NCBI GenBank assembly: GCA_012338575.1
Contig: GCA_012338575.1_3616.1
Origin: a phage
Reading direction: 5' to 3' (one strand)
DNA length: 64,000 nt
The translations under genes were made by a program, and so were the position numbers. Each line of letters starts with the position of its first letter. The first letter of the stretch is position 1. Positions 27,712 to 37,292 of the stretch are shown here, in pieces. The notes beneath the pieces are model-generated. The model was not told the DNA's origin. It worked only from the letters and a program-made list of their open reading frames with translations, and did no database searches.

Positions 27712-28185
27712 CTAGTCTACCTGAACCCAACCGCCTGATACTTTTTTAAACATTCTTTGGTTATCACTACCTCGGAACGGTTTCTTGGTTGGTAAATCTT
27801 TTACATACTTACCGTCAATGATGATATCAGCCAGTTTAAGAACATCACTAGAGATATGGTCAAATGTGAACCCAGTATATACAAGAATAGTTTTCTTGTC
27901 ACCAAATTTTTCCTTAATTTTCTCCATCAGGCTAATAATATCTGGCTCATTATAGTATGCTAAGGGTTCTCCACCCAGCAGAGAGATACCGCACACAGAC
28001 GGGTTATCTAAATCTGACAAGATTTTTTGCAAGTCTTCTTCAGTGAACTCCCTCCCCTTATCTTTTGACCAAAATGCCTGATTAAAGCAACCAGGGCAAG
28101 CGTGTGGGCACCCAGATACCCACAAGGCAGTTCTAATACCTGGCCCTTCGGTGTAAGATATTTCTGTGTATCCGACAATGTTCAT
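27712..28185 (-). CDS. nrdG: anaerobic ribonucleotide reductase activating protein (radical SAM)
   Basis: GPGIRTALWVSGCPHACPGCFN matches recalled E. coli NrdG GPGTRCTLFVSGCVHECPGCYN (CxxxCxxC cluster). Confidence 0.8.
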   Translation of the reverse strand: MNIVGYTEISYTEGPGIRTALWVSGCPHACPGCFNQAFWSKDKGREFTEEDLQKILSDLDNPSVCGISLLGGEPLAYYNEPDIISLMEKIKEKFGDKKTILVYTGFTFDHISSDVLKLADIIIDGKYVKDLPTKKPFRGSDNQRMFKKVSGGWVQVD

Positions 28186-28298
28186 AGATACTCCGCATCA
28201 CATTTAGGGCAATGCCAGATAAAATCGTCTAGTGCCTTGCACCAACGAAGATTGCAACTACAGCCGCACTTGCAAATTTTATAAATACCTGTAGACAT
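28182..28298 (-). CDS. small Cys-rich zinc-ribbon-like protein (38 aa)
   Basis: ATG after AGGAGG; MSTGIYKICKCGCSCNLRWCKALDDFIWHCPKCDAEYL (8 Cys); stop overlaps nrdG start (ATGA); not in ORF track. Confidence 0.5.
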   Translation of the reverse strand: MSTGIYKICKCGCSCNLRWCKALDDFIWHCPKCDAEYL

Positions 28299-28350
28299 AC
28301 TGTACCTCCTTAGTTTATAGCATGTTTAAGATATGTGTATCTTTCTACGA

Positions 28351-29283
28351 TCATTTACCACAAATCTTCTTGTATACCTCTTCTACCGTGTCAAACACTT
28401 CAGGCCTGTAGTAGAAAAACTCAGTGCTACCGTCAAATTTTACAGGAAAGTTTATTTTATACTTGCTGAAGGCCTTATGCACAGATTTTTCTAAATCTAC
28501 CATGTTTTGAGTTGATCCGCTCCACGTTTTTACTACGTGAAGAGTGTGGACACCTGCGCCAGATTTACGAGCACTGTTAAGCACCTCATTTTTCCTCCTG
28601 TGCATTTTAACGCATACACCGATTTTCATAAGTGTTGGCACTTCTAAGTCATCAACCATAATGTAGAGTTTACCGTACTCATGAGATAAGAATCCATTTT
28701 GTGCGCATTTACAGCAGCCACGACCACTTTTTAGGTTATTAGGTTTAGCAGACCACTTATACCCACAAATTTTGCACCTACATTGCACTTTTGTGTTATC
28801 ATTGGTAATTTTCTCTAATATTTCTATGTCTGGGTTGGCTTTGTGGATAATTGCAGCATGCTCCTTATGGGTTAACGCTTGACTTTGCCCACGTCTTAAG
28901 TCATAGCACTCTGGGCAGCCGTTTCTTTGGTATAAGTGGTTTTCAGGGTATTGTTCAAACACACCGTGTTCAGGGCAAACAATTTTTACAGGCGTTCTCA
29001 TGTTCGCATATTTGACTAATGAGTAATCGTACTTGTCCCCATGAGCAGCCATAGCCTCTTTTATGAACTCTTCAGTGTTCTTTTTCGCTGACCCACCACA
29101 CCTTGGACAACCATGCTTCTTGAAAGCATGTGCCACAGGGGTTTGCCAGAACTCACCGTGCTCAGGACAAATTATACACACAGGTGTCTTGTTGTTTTTA
29201 TACTCCACTTTGAAGTAATCATATTTGTCACCATGTATAGTCTGAGCTTTTTCTATAAACTCTTCGGTTGTTAGTCTCCTCAT
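28351..29283 (-). CDS. free-standing homing-endonuclease-like protein (GIY-YIG/T5orf172-like C-terminal domain, duplicated N-terminal zinc-ribbon repeats)
   Basis: Two tandem repeats of HGDKYDY...CPEHG.F...GCP.C; C-terminus GKLYIMVDD..LMKIGV...GSTEFFYY resembles GIY-YIG-like T5orf172 pattern (family assignment from memory). Confidence 0.5.
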   Translation of the reverse strand: MRRLTTEEFIEKAQTIHGDKYDYFKVEYKNNKTPVCIICPEHGEFWQTPVAHAFKKHGCPRCGGSAKKNTEEFIKEAMAAHGDKYDYSLVKYANMRTPVKIVCPEHGVFEQYPENHLYQRNGCPECYDLRRGQSQALTHKEHAAIIHKANPDIEILEKITNDNTKVQCRCKICGYKWSAKPNNLKSGRGCCKCAQNGFLSHEYGKLYIMVDDLEVPTLMKIGVCVKMHRRKNEVLNSARKSGAGVHTLHVVKTWSGSTQNMVDLEKSVHKAFSKYKINFPVKFDGSTEFFYYRPEVFDTVEEVYKKICGK

Positions 29284-29323
29284 TACCAGACCAGACCCTT
29301 CCGCTATTCACTTTATATTGCAT

Positions 29324-29350
29324 ACTATAGAAAAGAGGAATAGAAGTCAA
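29324..29350 (-). promoter_or_regulatory. sigma70-like promoter for the endonuclease-like gene (TTGACT, 15 bp, TATAGT)
   Basis: On minus strand TTGACT (29350-29345) and TATAGT (29329-29324). Confidence 0.4.
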
Positions 29351-29382
29351 TAAAAACAAAAAATGAGAGCATCCTTGCTCTC
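29351..29382 (-). terminator. rho-independent terminator after nrdD
   Basis: GAGAGC-aaggat-GCTCTC followed by ATTTTTTGTTTTT on minus strand. Confidence 0.65.
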
Positions 29383-29393
29383 AATCTCTTTCC

Positions 29394-30671
29394 TTATTTA
29401 CTCAACGGACACCAGTCTACATTCCCAACATGTTTAACACGTTCGATAACCTCTGCTTGTTTACCTGTGTTATACGGTCTACTGTTCGGGCTGGAGAGAT
29501 AGCCAGACACTCTTCGGATCACTGAGATATATTGTTCATCGTGGCATCCGCACGCAGGGCAGCAGAACCCTTTAGCTGTTGCACTGAACTCACCAGAGAA
29601 ACCACACTTAAGACATTTATCCACAGGTTGGTTAATACCAAAATACATAATGTGTTTATACCCGAAGTCAACAAGAGCCTCTAAAGCATCTAAGTTGTTT
29701 TTCAGATTTGGTGTCTCTACATATCCGATGTTGCCACCAGAGGAGATCATAGCAAAACCTTCCTCATACGCCCACTTATCAAAAGGAGAGCTATTGATCC
29801 ATACTGGCTGATGGAAACTGTTGGTGAGATATTCATGCTCGTGCTTCAACACTTCAGGATATTCACGATCCAGACAGGTTGCAGCTTTATAGCATAGACT
29901 CTCAGAAGGGGTGCCGTACAAGCTAAACGCTAGTCTACTTTCCTTCTTGTATCGCTCACAAGCATCTCTCATGTGCTGAAGGATTCCAAGAGCTAAAGCC
30001 TTGTCACCCTCTCTGCCCAAAATCTGACAGGTTTCATACACACCGATATACCCAATACTGATGGAAGCGTACCCGTCATAGAAGAGTTTATCAATACTCT
30101 CTTCAGGATCCAGGCGGGCAAGAGCGCCTTCACACCACATGATGGGGTTCTGCCCTGCCTTTGTTCCTTTTAGACGGTTAACCCTTACAAGGTGAGCCTC
30201 GTATGCAAGATCCAAGTATTCGTCAAGAACCGCAAAGAAATCAACACCTTCCGTCTTAGCTTTTGCCGCAATCATTGGCAGGTTAAGGCTAACAACACCC
30301 AAGTTGAATCTGCCAAGGTATTTCTCCTCACCTGTTTCCAAGTCATTGTATTTGCTAAGAAAACTCCGGCAACCCATGCTCGTTACTTTGCCATCTGTCG
30401 AGCCTGTCACTTTTCTATTTAGTGGTACAGATACGAAGTCAGGGTAGATACGTTCTGCACAGCATTCCAGAGCTAATCGTTTCAAATCATAGTTAGGATC
30501 CCCAGGGTTCATGTTGACACCCTCTTCCAGGAAGAACAGCACTTTAGGGAACACAGGTGTAATACGTTCTTCACCAAGACCCATTTTGTGGACTTTCAAG
30601 TAGTTTTTGGTAATCATTCTACCAAAGACCGAGGTATCCAGTCCTAAACTTAATGTGATAAAAGGGGTTTG
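29394..30671 (-). CDS. nrdD: anaerobic ribonucleoside-triphosphate reductase, exon 2 (glycyl-radical domain)
   Basis: Begins QTPFITLSLGLDTS (cf. recalled E. coli QTPFVTFGFGLGTS); contains GDPNYD, C-rich zinc site and RVSGYL glycyl-radical motif. Confidence 0.8.
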   Translation of the reverse strand, partial: QTPFITLSLGLDTSVFGRMITKNYLKVHKMGLGEERITPVFPKVLFFLEEGVNMNPGDPNYDLKRLALECCAERIYPDFVSVPLNRKVTGSTDGKVTSMGCRSFLSKYNDLETGEEKYLGRFNLGVVSLNLPMIAAKAKTEGVDFFAVLDEYLDLAYEAHLVRVNRLKGTKAGQNPIMWCEGALARLDPEESIDKLFYDGYASISIGYIGVYETCQILGREGDKALALGILQHMRDACERYKKESRLAFSLYGTPSESLCYKAATCLDREYPEVLKHEHEYLTNSFHQPVWINSSPFDKWAYEEGFAMISSGGNIGYVETPNLKNNLDALEALVDFGYKHIMYFGINQPVDKCLKCGFSGEFSATAKGFCCPACGCHDEQYISVIRRVSGYLSSPNSRPYNTGKQAEVIERVKHVGNVDWCPLSK

Positions 30672-30928
30672 CGGTCCCCACCCTTATGTTTCCACAAGGC
30701 CAGACTATCTCTTGCCTGAAATCACACCGTGTGATTCTTAATCAGACCTCTGCGTTTCGGAATCTTCCATAATCCCTACACCAAAAGGTTAGTCGTTACA
30801 ACCGCCTCACTCCTTGTGAAGCTAGTCACGGGATTGGCATAGCTTTCGCCTTAGCGTTCCCCGTTAGCCAGCGATCAGCTGACCCCTCATACTGAGGTTA
30901 GCAGAGTTTTAAAACGGCCAGTTTGTTA
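30672..30928 (-). mobile_element. group I intron (ORF-less, td-like core) interrupting nrdD
   Basis: 257 nt with no ORF; exon 1 ends in T, intron ends in G; contains AACGGGGAAC, CAATCCCGTG, AACGACTA, CCGAAACG, GATAGTCTGG strings recalled from the T4 td intron core; splicing restores a 712-aa NrdD. Confidence 0.75.
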
Positions 30929-31789
30929 ACCGTTGACAGAAGTTAACGTATTGATTTGATAGAGCAAAGTCTGCATGCTGTCAAATACGTCTTTATCTGT
31001 CATTTGCATTGCAACAGTTTCGGCATCTGGCAACCAATGTTCCTGGCAAAATTTAAGGTTCTTCTCATAGGTTGCTTCAACATACTGTGCCAGATAATGA
31101 TCAATATGGCTCATAGTCTGACCACCATATTGAGCACTAGCTACCGCACTGGAGATTTGGCTAAGGATTGTTGTTGCAACCCCTATTGACTTCGGCTTAC
31201 TGACATGAGCGTTACCAATGTTGAATCCGTTTTCCAACATATCTGGATAGTTTACCAAACAACAGTTTGTTAACGGACTGATCAAGTAGTCAAGATCATG
31301 CACATGGATGAAGCCTTTATTGTGCTCTTCTGAGACACGGTCTGGCAGGATCTGTGTTGATGCAAGGTGTTTGCTAAGGATGCCTGCAAGCAGGTCACGA
31401 TGAGTGTGTACATGATTGGTAGGCTTATTTGCGTTTTCTTTTGTAAATTCATCACAAGTGCGATCCAAGAAGCCACTAATATCTGCAAGCAGTTTTCCAC
31501 CTGCCTCTCTGTTATTATCTCTTGTCTGCCTATACTGGATGTATTCTCTGGCTGCACATTTTAAACCCATATCCATAAGAGCGTCTTCAACAAGGATATG
31601 GATATTTTTTACAGAGATCGTGCACTGGTCGGTTGGTAGATTGTTAGCAACAACTTCATTAACCGCGCAGGCGATCCGGTAAGCTTCTTCTTCAGTATGT
31701 CCAGACTCAAGTAAGGCGGACTCTGCCGCCTTGATCACCTTAATTCCGTTATAGACCTCTTCTCTGCCGTCCCGTTTTACAACTTTCAC
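30929..31789 (-). CDS. nrdD: anaerobic ribonucleoside-triphosphate reductase, exon 1 (ATP-cone and N-terminal half)
   Basis: MKVVKRDGREEVYNGIKV ATP-cone; HDLDY, GFNIGNAHVSKPKSI; ends ...NTLTSVNG as in recalled E. coli ...NTLHTANG. Confidence 0.8.
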
Positions 31790-32064
31790 TTTTTCTCTCC
31801 AAAATCATTCTTAACAAAAGAGATGAAATCGTCGGCACCACCTACATGGACACTATCAAGATCGCTTTCTAAGAAGATCTGCGGTAACGTTCTTGGGACG
31901 ATTGGACTACACTTCTCAATAAGCTCTTCTTTTGTGTATCCATCTCCAAGTGTCTTATATACAAAAGGCAGACCTTTACTGACTGCAAATTCTTTTGCTC
32001 TTACACAATGTGGGCAGTCATCTTTACCGTAAATAATAAAGAAAAAAGATTTTTCACAGCTCAT
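31786..32064 (-). CDS. glutaredoxin-like protein (CPHC active site)
   Basis: YGKDDCPHCVRAKEF thioredoxin-fold motif; ATGA overlap with nrdD start. Confidence 0.65.
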   Translation of the reverse strand: MSCEKSFFFIIYGKDDCPHCVRAKEFAVSKGLPFVYKTLGDGYTKEELIEKCSPIVPRTLPQIFLESDLDSVHVGGADDFISFVKNDFGEKK

Positions 32065-32067
32065 ATA

Positions 32068-33156
32068 TTAAAACTCCCAAATTTCTTCTTCAGCGTCGTT
32101 AACAGTTGTGTTGACTCGGTAGTCGGTGTTCGACATTTCCTGGTTAGCCGTCTGTTGCAATGAAGGTTTCATCCACACCTGCATAAACGGTAGCGGGTCC
32201 TTTGTTGGCGGCACAAAATCTTTGTCGATGTCGTAGTAATCATAAATCGGTGAGCAGTTATAGTCAACCCATTCTTTAAGCAACGGTGAGTTAAGACCTA
32301 TAATCGCTCTTCCTTCGCTGAAAATATAGTCACTCCAACCGTACTCCTTGGTTCGTACTTCATCAAGAATCTCTTTTAACTCTCCCTTTATCTCAAGGAA
32401 GCTTTTCTCCCATGCTGGATCATTAAGCAGGATATCAATGATGGCAAAATCACCTTTCGAATGCAGCATTTCGTCAAGCATGATTTTTTGAACAAGCTGC
32501 GCCACCTGAACAAAAATACCCTGTTCAGCTACTGCGAAAGTGCATGCAAAACTTGCAATAAACTCAATACTTTCTAGAGCTAAAAGTGCAAAAAGCGCTC
32601 TAAGAATGCATTTCCGCACAGTATCTTCTTCAACACTAGAAGGATCCAGTCGATATTTTGCACCAATAATCTCAAGCTCTTGCATGTATTTGACAATAAC
32701 TCCAGATCTGCTCAGTACGTTCTGGTTTTCCTGAATCTCTTCTATAATCTCCCGAGCATTAGGAAGGCATTGTCTAACAATCTCTGAGTAGGTTAGTGCG
32801 TGAAGAACTTCAATCTCTGACTGTTTCATCAATAGAGTGAAAAGCTCACTATTAGTGATGAATGGTGAAAAGAGGCAGATGATCGATCTTGCCGCAACGC
32901 TATCAGCCTCCCATTGCCACATCAAGGTCTGCACCATCACGTCATAAGTTGACTTGGAGCATGTTACAAAATCTGAAATAGATTGCGACAAATCCACTTC
33001 ATCCTCTGCCCAGTCTTGTTCTTTTTGTTTTTTGTACAGTTCGAACAGTTGTGGATATTTTTTGTTAATAGAGTCGTACATACCCATTTGCTGTCCTAAA
33101 AACAGCGGATAGTCACCAGTTTTATGAGCAGTGTTCTCAGCATTAAATACAGCCAT
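32068..33156 (-). CDS. nrdB: ribonucleotide reductase class Ia beta subunit
   Basis: 362 aa; position after nrdA; di-iron/tyrosyl radical protein-like composition and C-terminal EEEIWEF tail. Confidence 0.7.
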   Translation of the reverse strand: MAVFNAENTAHKTGDYPLFLGQQMGMYDSINKKYPQLFELYKKQKEQDWAEDEVDLSQSISDFVTCSKSTYDVMVQTLMWQWEADSVAARSIICLFSPFITNSELFTLLMKQSEIEVLHALTYSEIVRQCLPNAREIIEEIQENQNVLSRSGVIVKYMQELEIIGAKYRLDPSSVEEDTVRKCILRALFALLALESIEFIASFACTFAVAEQGIFVQVAQLVQKIMLDEMLHSKGDFAIIDILLNDPAWEKSFLEIKGELKEILDEVRTKEYGWSDYIFSEGRAIIGLNSPLLKEWVDYNCSPIYDYYDIDKDFVPPTKDPLPFMQVWMKPSLQQTANQEMSNTDYRVNTTVNDAEEEIWEF

Positions 33157-33195
33157 TATTCTACCTCTAAGACAGGGGCCGAAGCCCCTTTAAAA

Positions 33196-35511
33196 TTACA
33201 GTGCACAGCTTTCGCAATACGGATCTTCAACTGAACTATCTGCAATCAAAGGATAGTTCTTTCTGGTTTCATCTTCAGCTTGTTTCTTGGCATGAAGTTC
33301 CTCTGCCAAGGAGTCACCAGCACCAACTCTGGAGTTTAAATAATACCATGTCTTCATCCCGAATTTAGTGGCACGGATAAGGTACCCTAGCTGCTCCTTC
33401 ATTGAAATTTTACCATCTTTCAACTTGGTGTAGTCTATGTATAAATCCGCGCTGATTGCCTGGCCTGTGAATTTTTGAATCACAGCGTACATATCGATCA
33501 TATCGTTAGTATCAACGTCCCAAGCCGAAGTGTAATACTCTTTCAGCTCATCGTATTCAGGAACGATAAACAGCACCTGCCCTTGTGGCGATTTTTTAAA
33601 GATAATGTGCTCACGGACAGGATAAACCCCGTTAGTGGTGTTTGTTGCCAGCGAAGAGCTTTCATTAGGCATATATGCTTCAAGAACGCTATTACGTAGC
33701 CCACCGTTTTCAATGATTTCTTTACGTAACCCTTCCCAATCCTGTTTAAGAGAAGGATCTTTCACCACGCTATCGACCTCTTTGTTATAGGTGTCGATTG
33801 GTAACCAACCTTCTGGATATTTTGTTTTATGCATCCACTCGCAGACACCACGCTCTTTTGCCAACCGTAAACTTGCCTTATGCAAGCTGTAGCTGTGAAG
33901 TTCTGCAAGATCGTGAACAAGCTGTTTACTTTCAGGAGATCCGTAAGTAATCTTGTGGCTGGCAATAAAATGTGCAACGTTGGTAAGGCCAACCCCGATG
34001 GATCTGCGTTTTTTAACAGTGCTCTCCATATTTTCATACGGATATGTCATGATTTCCATAACATTGTCAATCATAAGCACCGTGTAGTATGCAACATCCT
34101 CATACTCTTCTGGAGTAACCCTTCCAGCTACAAGGGATGACAGGAAGCACAATGCAACTTCGCCGTCATCAACATCGTGCTTGAAGATATTACGCATATC
34201 TGAATAGCCTTTTGTCGGGAGGGCTATTTCTGCACACAGGTTACTTGAATAGATCACATCTTTAAAAGGTGTATGTCTATTCATCTCGTCTGTCCAGTAT
34301 ACGTACAGCCTTCCAACCTCAGTACGCTGCGTGATCAGCTCAACAGCAAGATCTCTAGCTCGGATCCATGTTTTAGGAATACTATCATCTTTAGCTATAC
34401 GATCAACCTCTGCATCAAACTCCTCCATAGACATGGTGAAGATACCTTCATGCAGTTGAGGCGCGTGCTTATAAGAAACAAGCATCCAATCTAAATTCTT
34501 AGCCACACGGTTGATAAACGACCTATTAATACCTATAGAGTAGTCCATGGTGTTGATTCTTTTTGAAGCAACAGTCATAGGGTTTCTCAAACGGATTAGC
34601 TCATCAATCTGCGGGTCTAGTGCAAGAAATGATACTGTTGCAGAACCGCCACGTGATTGTTGTCTGTTCTCCTTAACCCCAGCATCAATACCTCGATAAT
34701 ATGGAATCTTACCCATATGTTTAATAGTGTTACCACGAACACCATCGCCTGCAGATCTTGATGATAAATAGTAGCCGATACCTGCTTGGTTAACCGTCAT
34801 TGTGTACGCAACTTCACGTGCCACACCAATAGATTTTGCTGTATCGTCAGCTTTTATTACACAACAAGATGCATACCCTGTCTTACCTGTGCGCAGCCCG
34901 TTTAAGTACGGTGTCGGGGCATTGATCTTTAAGTCGGACAGATAAGTGTATAATTTTACAACATCGTTGATACGACGTTCTTTCGGCATATTCTTCATGA
35001 CAGCCATTGCTATCCCCATAAACATCATCTGAGGAGATTCAAACAAGGTGTCTTTAAGAGTATCCTTGATCCCGTATTTGTCGCGAAACTGTTTAAGGAC
35101 TGCATAGCCATAACCGAGATCTTTACTGTGATCAATAACAGTGCCTAAAGTGTTTAACTCGGTAAAGCTATAACCCATATCCTCCCAATACCCTTTCTCA
35201 ACCATGTCGTTGTAAAATGATGGTAAGGAAGGGATCTTTGTAAACCCTCCAAAAGCCTCTTTATAAATCTGACCAATAAGAACACGACCAGCCATACGGG
35301 AATGTGCTTCGTCTTTACGGCTAACACAGGAGTCTATAATAGCTTGGTTAACTTCTTTGGTTGTACATCCATCATACAGTCGTTTGTATGCATCCAGTGC
35401 AATATGTGACCAATTGCCGTTACCGTCGTCACCGAAAATAGCTGCCTTATTTAAACGTTCTGGATCGAATGCCACTTCACATCCGTTACTTTTAATTACC
35501 TTGGTGATCAA
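33196..35511 (-). CDS. nrdA: ribonucleotide reductase class Ia alpha subunit
   Basis: 771 aa; N-terminal ATP-cone (VIKSNGCEVAFDPERL); catalytic NLCAEIALPT motif. Confidence 0.85.
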   Translation of the reverse strand: MITKVIKSNGCEVAFDPERLNKAAIFGDDGNGNWSHIALDAYKRLYDGCTTKEVNQAIIDSCVSRKDEAHSRMAGRVLIGQIYKEAFGGFTKIPSLPSFYNDMVEKGYWEDMGYSFTELNTLGTVIDHSKDLGYGYAVLKQFRDKYGIKDTLKDTLFESPQMMFMGIAMAVMKNMPKERRINDVVKLYTYLSDLKINAPTPYLNGLRTGKTGYASCCVIKADDTAKSIGVAREVAYTMTVNQAGIGYYLSSRSAGDGVRGNTIKHMGKIPYYRGIDAGVKENRQQSRGGSATVSFLALDPQIDELIRLRNPMTVASKRINTMDYSIGINRSFINRVAKNLDWMLVSYKHAPQLHEGIFTMSMEEFDAEVDRIAKDDSIPKTWIRARDLAVELITQRTEVGRLYVYWTDEMNRHTPFKDVIYSSNLCAEIALPTKGYSDMRNIFKHDVDDGEVALCFLSSLVAGRVTPEEYEDVAYYTVLMIDNVMEIMTYPYENMESTVKKRRSIGVGLTNVAHFIASHKITYGSPESKQLVHDLAELHSYSLHKASLRLAKERGVCEWMHKTKYPEGWLPIDTYNKEVDSVVKDPSLKQDWEGLRKEIIENGGLRNSVLEAYMPNESSSLATNTTNGVYPVREHIIFKKSPQGQVLFIVPEYDELKEYYTSAWDVDTNDMIDMYAVIQKFTGQAISADLYIDYTKLKDGKISMKEQLGYLIRATKFGMKTWYYLNSRVGAGDSLAEELHAKKQAEDETRKNYPLIADSSVEDPYCESCAL

Positions 35512-35738
35512 TTTGCTTCCTCCACTTCATTAACGTATTTATCAAGGCAGGTATCAGTATCTTGCTGGATAAAGGTATCCTCTTCTACAGAGATATTTAT
35601 AATTTTACCTGTATACTCGTCATAATAAACATCATCATACATTTTAATATCGTTTGTCAGACCGTTGAACCAAAGCCAACCAACATATTCTGCCCGACTT
35701 GCAAAACCAAGATCCTTCCACTTGGAGTTATGACTCAT
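35508..35738 (-). CDS. hypothetical protein (about 76 aa) coupled to nrdA
   Basis: Internal ATG after AAGGTGG; stop overlaps nrdA ATG. Confidence 0.45.
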   Translation of the reverse strand: MSHNSKWKDLGFASRAEYVGWLWFNGLTNDIKMYDDVYYDEYTGKIINISVEEDTFIQQDTDTCLDKYVNEVEEAN

Positions 35739-35748
35739 CTTCACCACC

Positions 35749-36249
35749 TTAGCTTTCAATACCGAATAATTTTTCCAGGCGATGCAGATCTTCAAAATTG
35801 AAAGGTTCATCAACAATATGAATATCTTCAGCCTTTTCAGATTGTTTTGTATACTTTCTTACATTAACACGATCCTCTACAGGGATATCATACGGAAGAT
35901 CTTGAACAAGCATTGCCTCACCGGGTGCTTTATCTACATCTAAAATATCTACACCGTTATACATTTGTGGGTATCTAAAGTCTGCACGCATGACACCAGC
36001 AAATACATCTGCCTTTCGATAATGTGTTGGCTTATTTCTGCATCGAACGTTTTTTCCACGAAGAACATCAATACTTTTTAAATCAAACCCTACGGCAAAG
36101 AGTGCAGCTCGGAGACCGTTTCGTGTGCGAACGTTAAACCCGGGAACGGTAGATAGGAAATCTAAAGTAACTGAAATAAATGTCTTTTTAGGAATCATAA
36201 CATTACTCATATCTGTCTCCATTTCTGGCTCACCAACAAAGTGAGCCAT
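35749..36249 (-). CDS. hypothetical protein (166 aa) in nucleotide-metabolism operon
   Basis: ORF; no family recognised. Confidence 0.45.
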   Translation of the reverse strand: MAHFVGEPEMETDMSNVMIPKKTFISVTLDFLSTVPGFNVRTRNGLRAALFAVGFDLKSIDVLRGKNVRCRNKPTHYRKADVFAGVMRADFRYPQMYNGVDILDVDKAPGEAMLVQDLPYDIPVEDRVNVRKYTKQSEKAEDIHIVDEPFNFEDLHRLEKLFGIES

Positions 36250-36308
36250 TATTATAGATTATCTGATAGTATTAGTCAACACAGAAGTTACCTATCGCTG
36301 TGATAGGA

Positions 36309-37292
36309 TTAACCTTTCACGAAGTGGTTATTAAGCAGTTGTCTGTGCTGAACCCACCCACAAAAGTTGGCAGACCAGAATTTACCATCACGGTCTTGAT
36401 GGGTTACACCTTCCTGCCAAACACAGCTGTCTTGTGTGATTTCACATGAAGATAGATAGTAGTTTAAACGTTCCATTGCGTTATCGTGATCCATAGGTGT
36501 TGCCTGGTGCTCGTAAGGGCTTGCATGAATACGATCCCCACCAATCAATTTTTTAGCCACACTGTCTGCCTTTTCAAACGTGCTGTCAATATTTCGATAA
36601 GATACTTGTGCACAGCAACTAGCACTGATAGACAGAGCTTCTTTAGTATCGAGGATGCAGAGCTTTCCTTCTGTGTCACGTACAGCGTAGTTAAACTCTC
36701 CGTCCAAATAAACGTGCTCTACATATGGGGTGTGCCATTGACCCGGTTTAAGGATCTCAGAGGTGCTATTCACAAGAGCTTCCCACATGCAATTAGCCAA
36801 CATCTGAATCGTAGGATCCGCATCGTGCCAGCAACGGAGGTGGAAAAAATTATTCCACTCGGTGCTTGTTACAACTGTTTTCATGCGTTGAAAAGGCTCC
36901 ACTAAGCGGTTACATACTTGCTTATGGTAACCAGCAAGGGCGAACTTCTCTGCATGCCAAGCGGCGTTTTTTGCAGCTTCTTTCCAAAATTCTTCAGGAG
37001 TTAACTCCATGTCAGTGTACTCTACACGGATCTTTTGATCGTGTTCCCCACCATCTTCCATCCCTCGCTTATTTGCACCGAAGCGAACTGGCATTGCAGG
37101 ATTCTCCACAATCTGTTGCAGCATCTTGCCGACAGGAACTGCACGGGAAGACATGGCGTTTCGGCTGAATACTCGATGCGTCATAAGCTCTGAGTGAATA
37201 ATTCGAGGATACTCTAGCTCAAAAGTGGTGATGCGCTTACCTTTCTCGGAAATGCTGTCAGCAATGATCTTTGCAGTGCACAGTTTTAGCAT
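36309..37292 (-). CDS. putative flavin-dependent thymidylate synthase (ThyX-like, divergent)
   Basis: ELMTHRVFSRNAMSSRA resembles ThyX RHRx7S signature but with T in first position; 327 aa is longer than typical ThyX. Confidence 0.4.
   Translation of the reverse strand: MLKLCTAKIIADSISEKGKRITTFELEYPRIIHSELMTHRVFSRNAMSSRAVPVGKMLQQIVENPAMPVRFGANKRGMEDGGEHDQKIRVEYTDMELTPEEFWKEAAKNAAWHAEKFALAGYHKQVCNRLVEPFQRMKTVVTSTEWNNFFHLRCWHDADPTIQMLANCMWEALVNSTSEILKPGQWHTPYVEHVYLDGEFNYAVRDTEGKLCILDTKEALSISASCCAQVSYRNIDSTFEKADSVAKKLIGGDRIHASPYEHQATPMDHDNAMERLNYYLSSCEITQDSCVWQEGVTHQDRDGKFWSANFCGWVQHRQLLNNHFVKG

Noticed and set aside
30192-30422. Plus-strand ORFs antisense to nrdD (also 30956-31189, 31367-31682)
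   Set aside because: Fully embedded antisense in a well-supported minus-strand gene; no translation signals.
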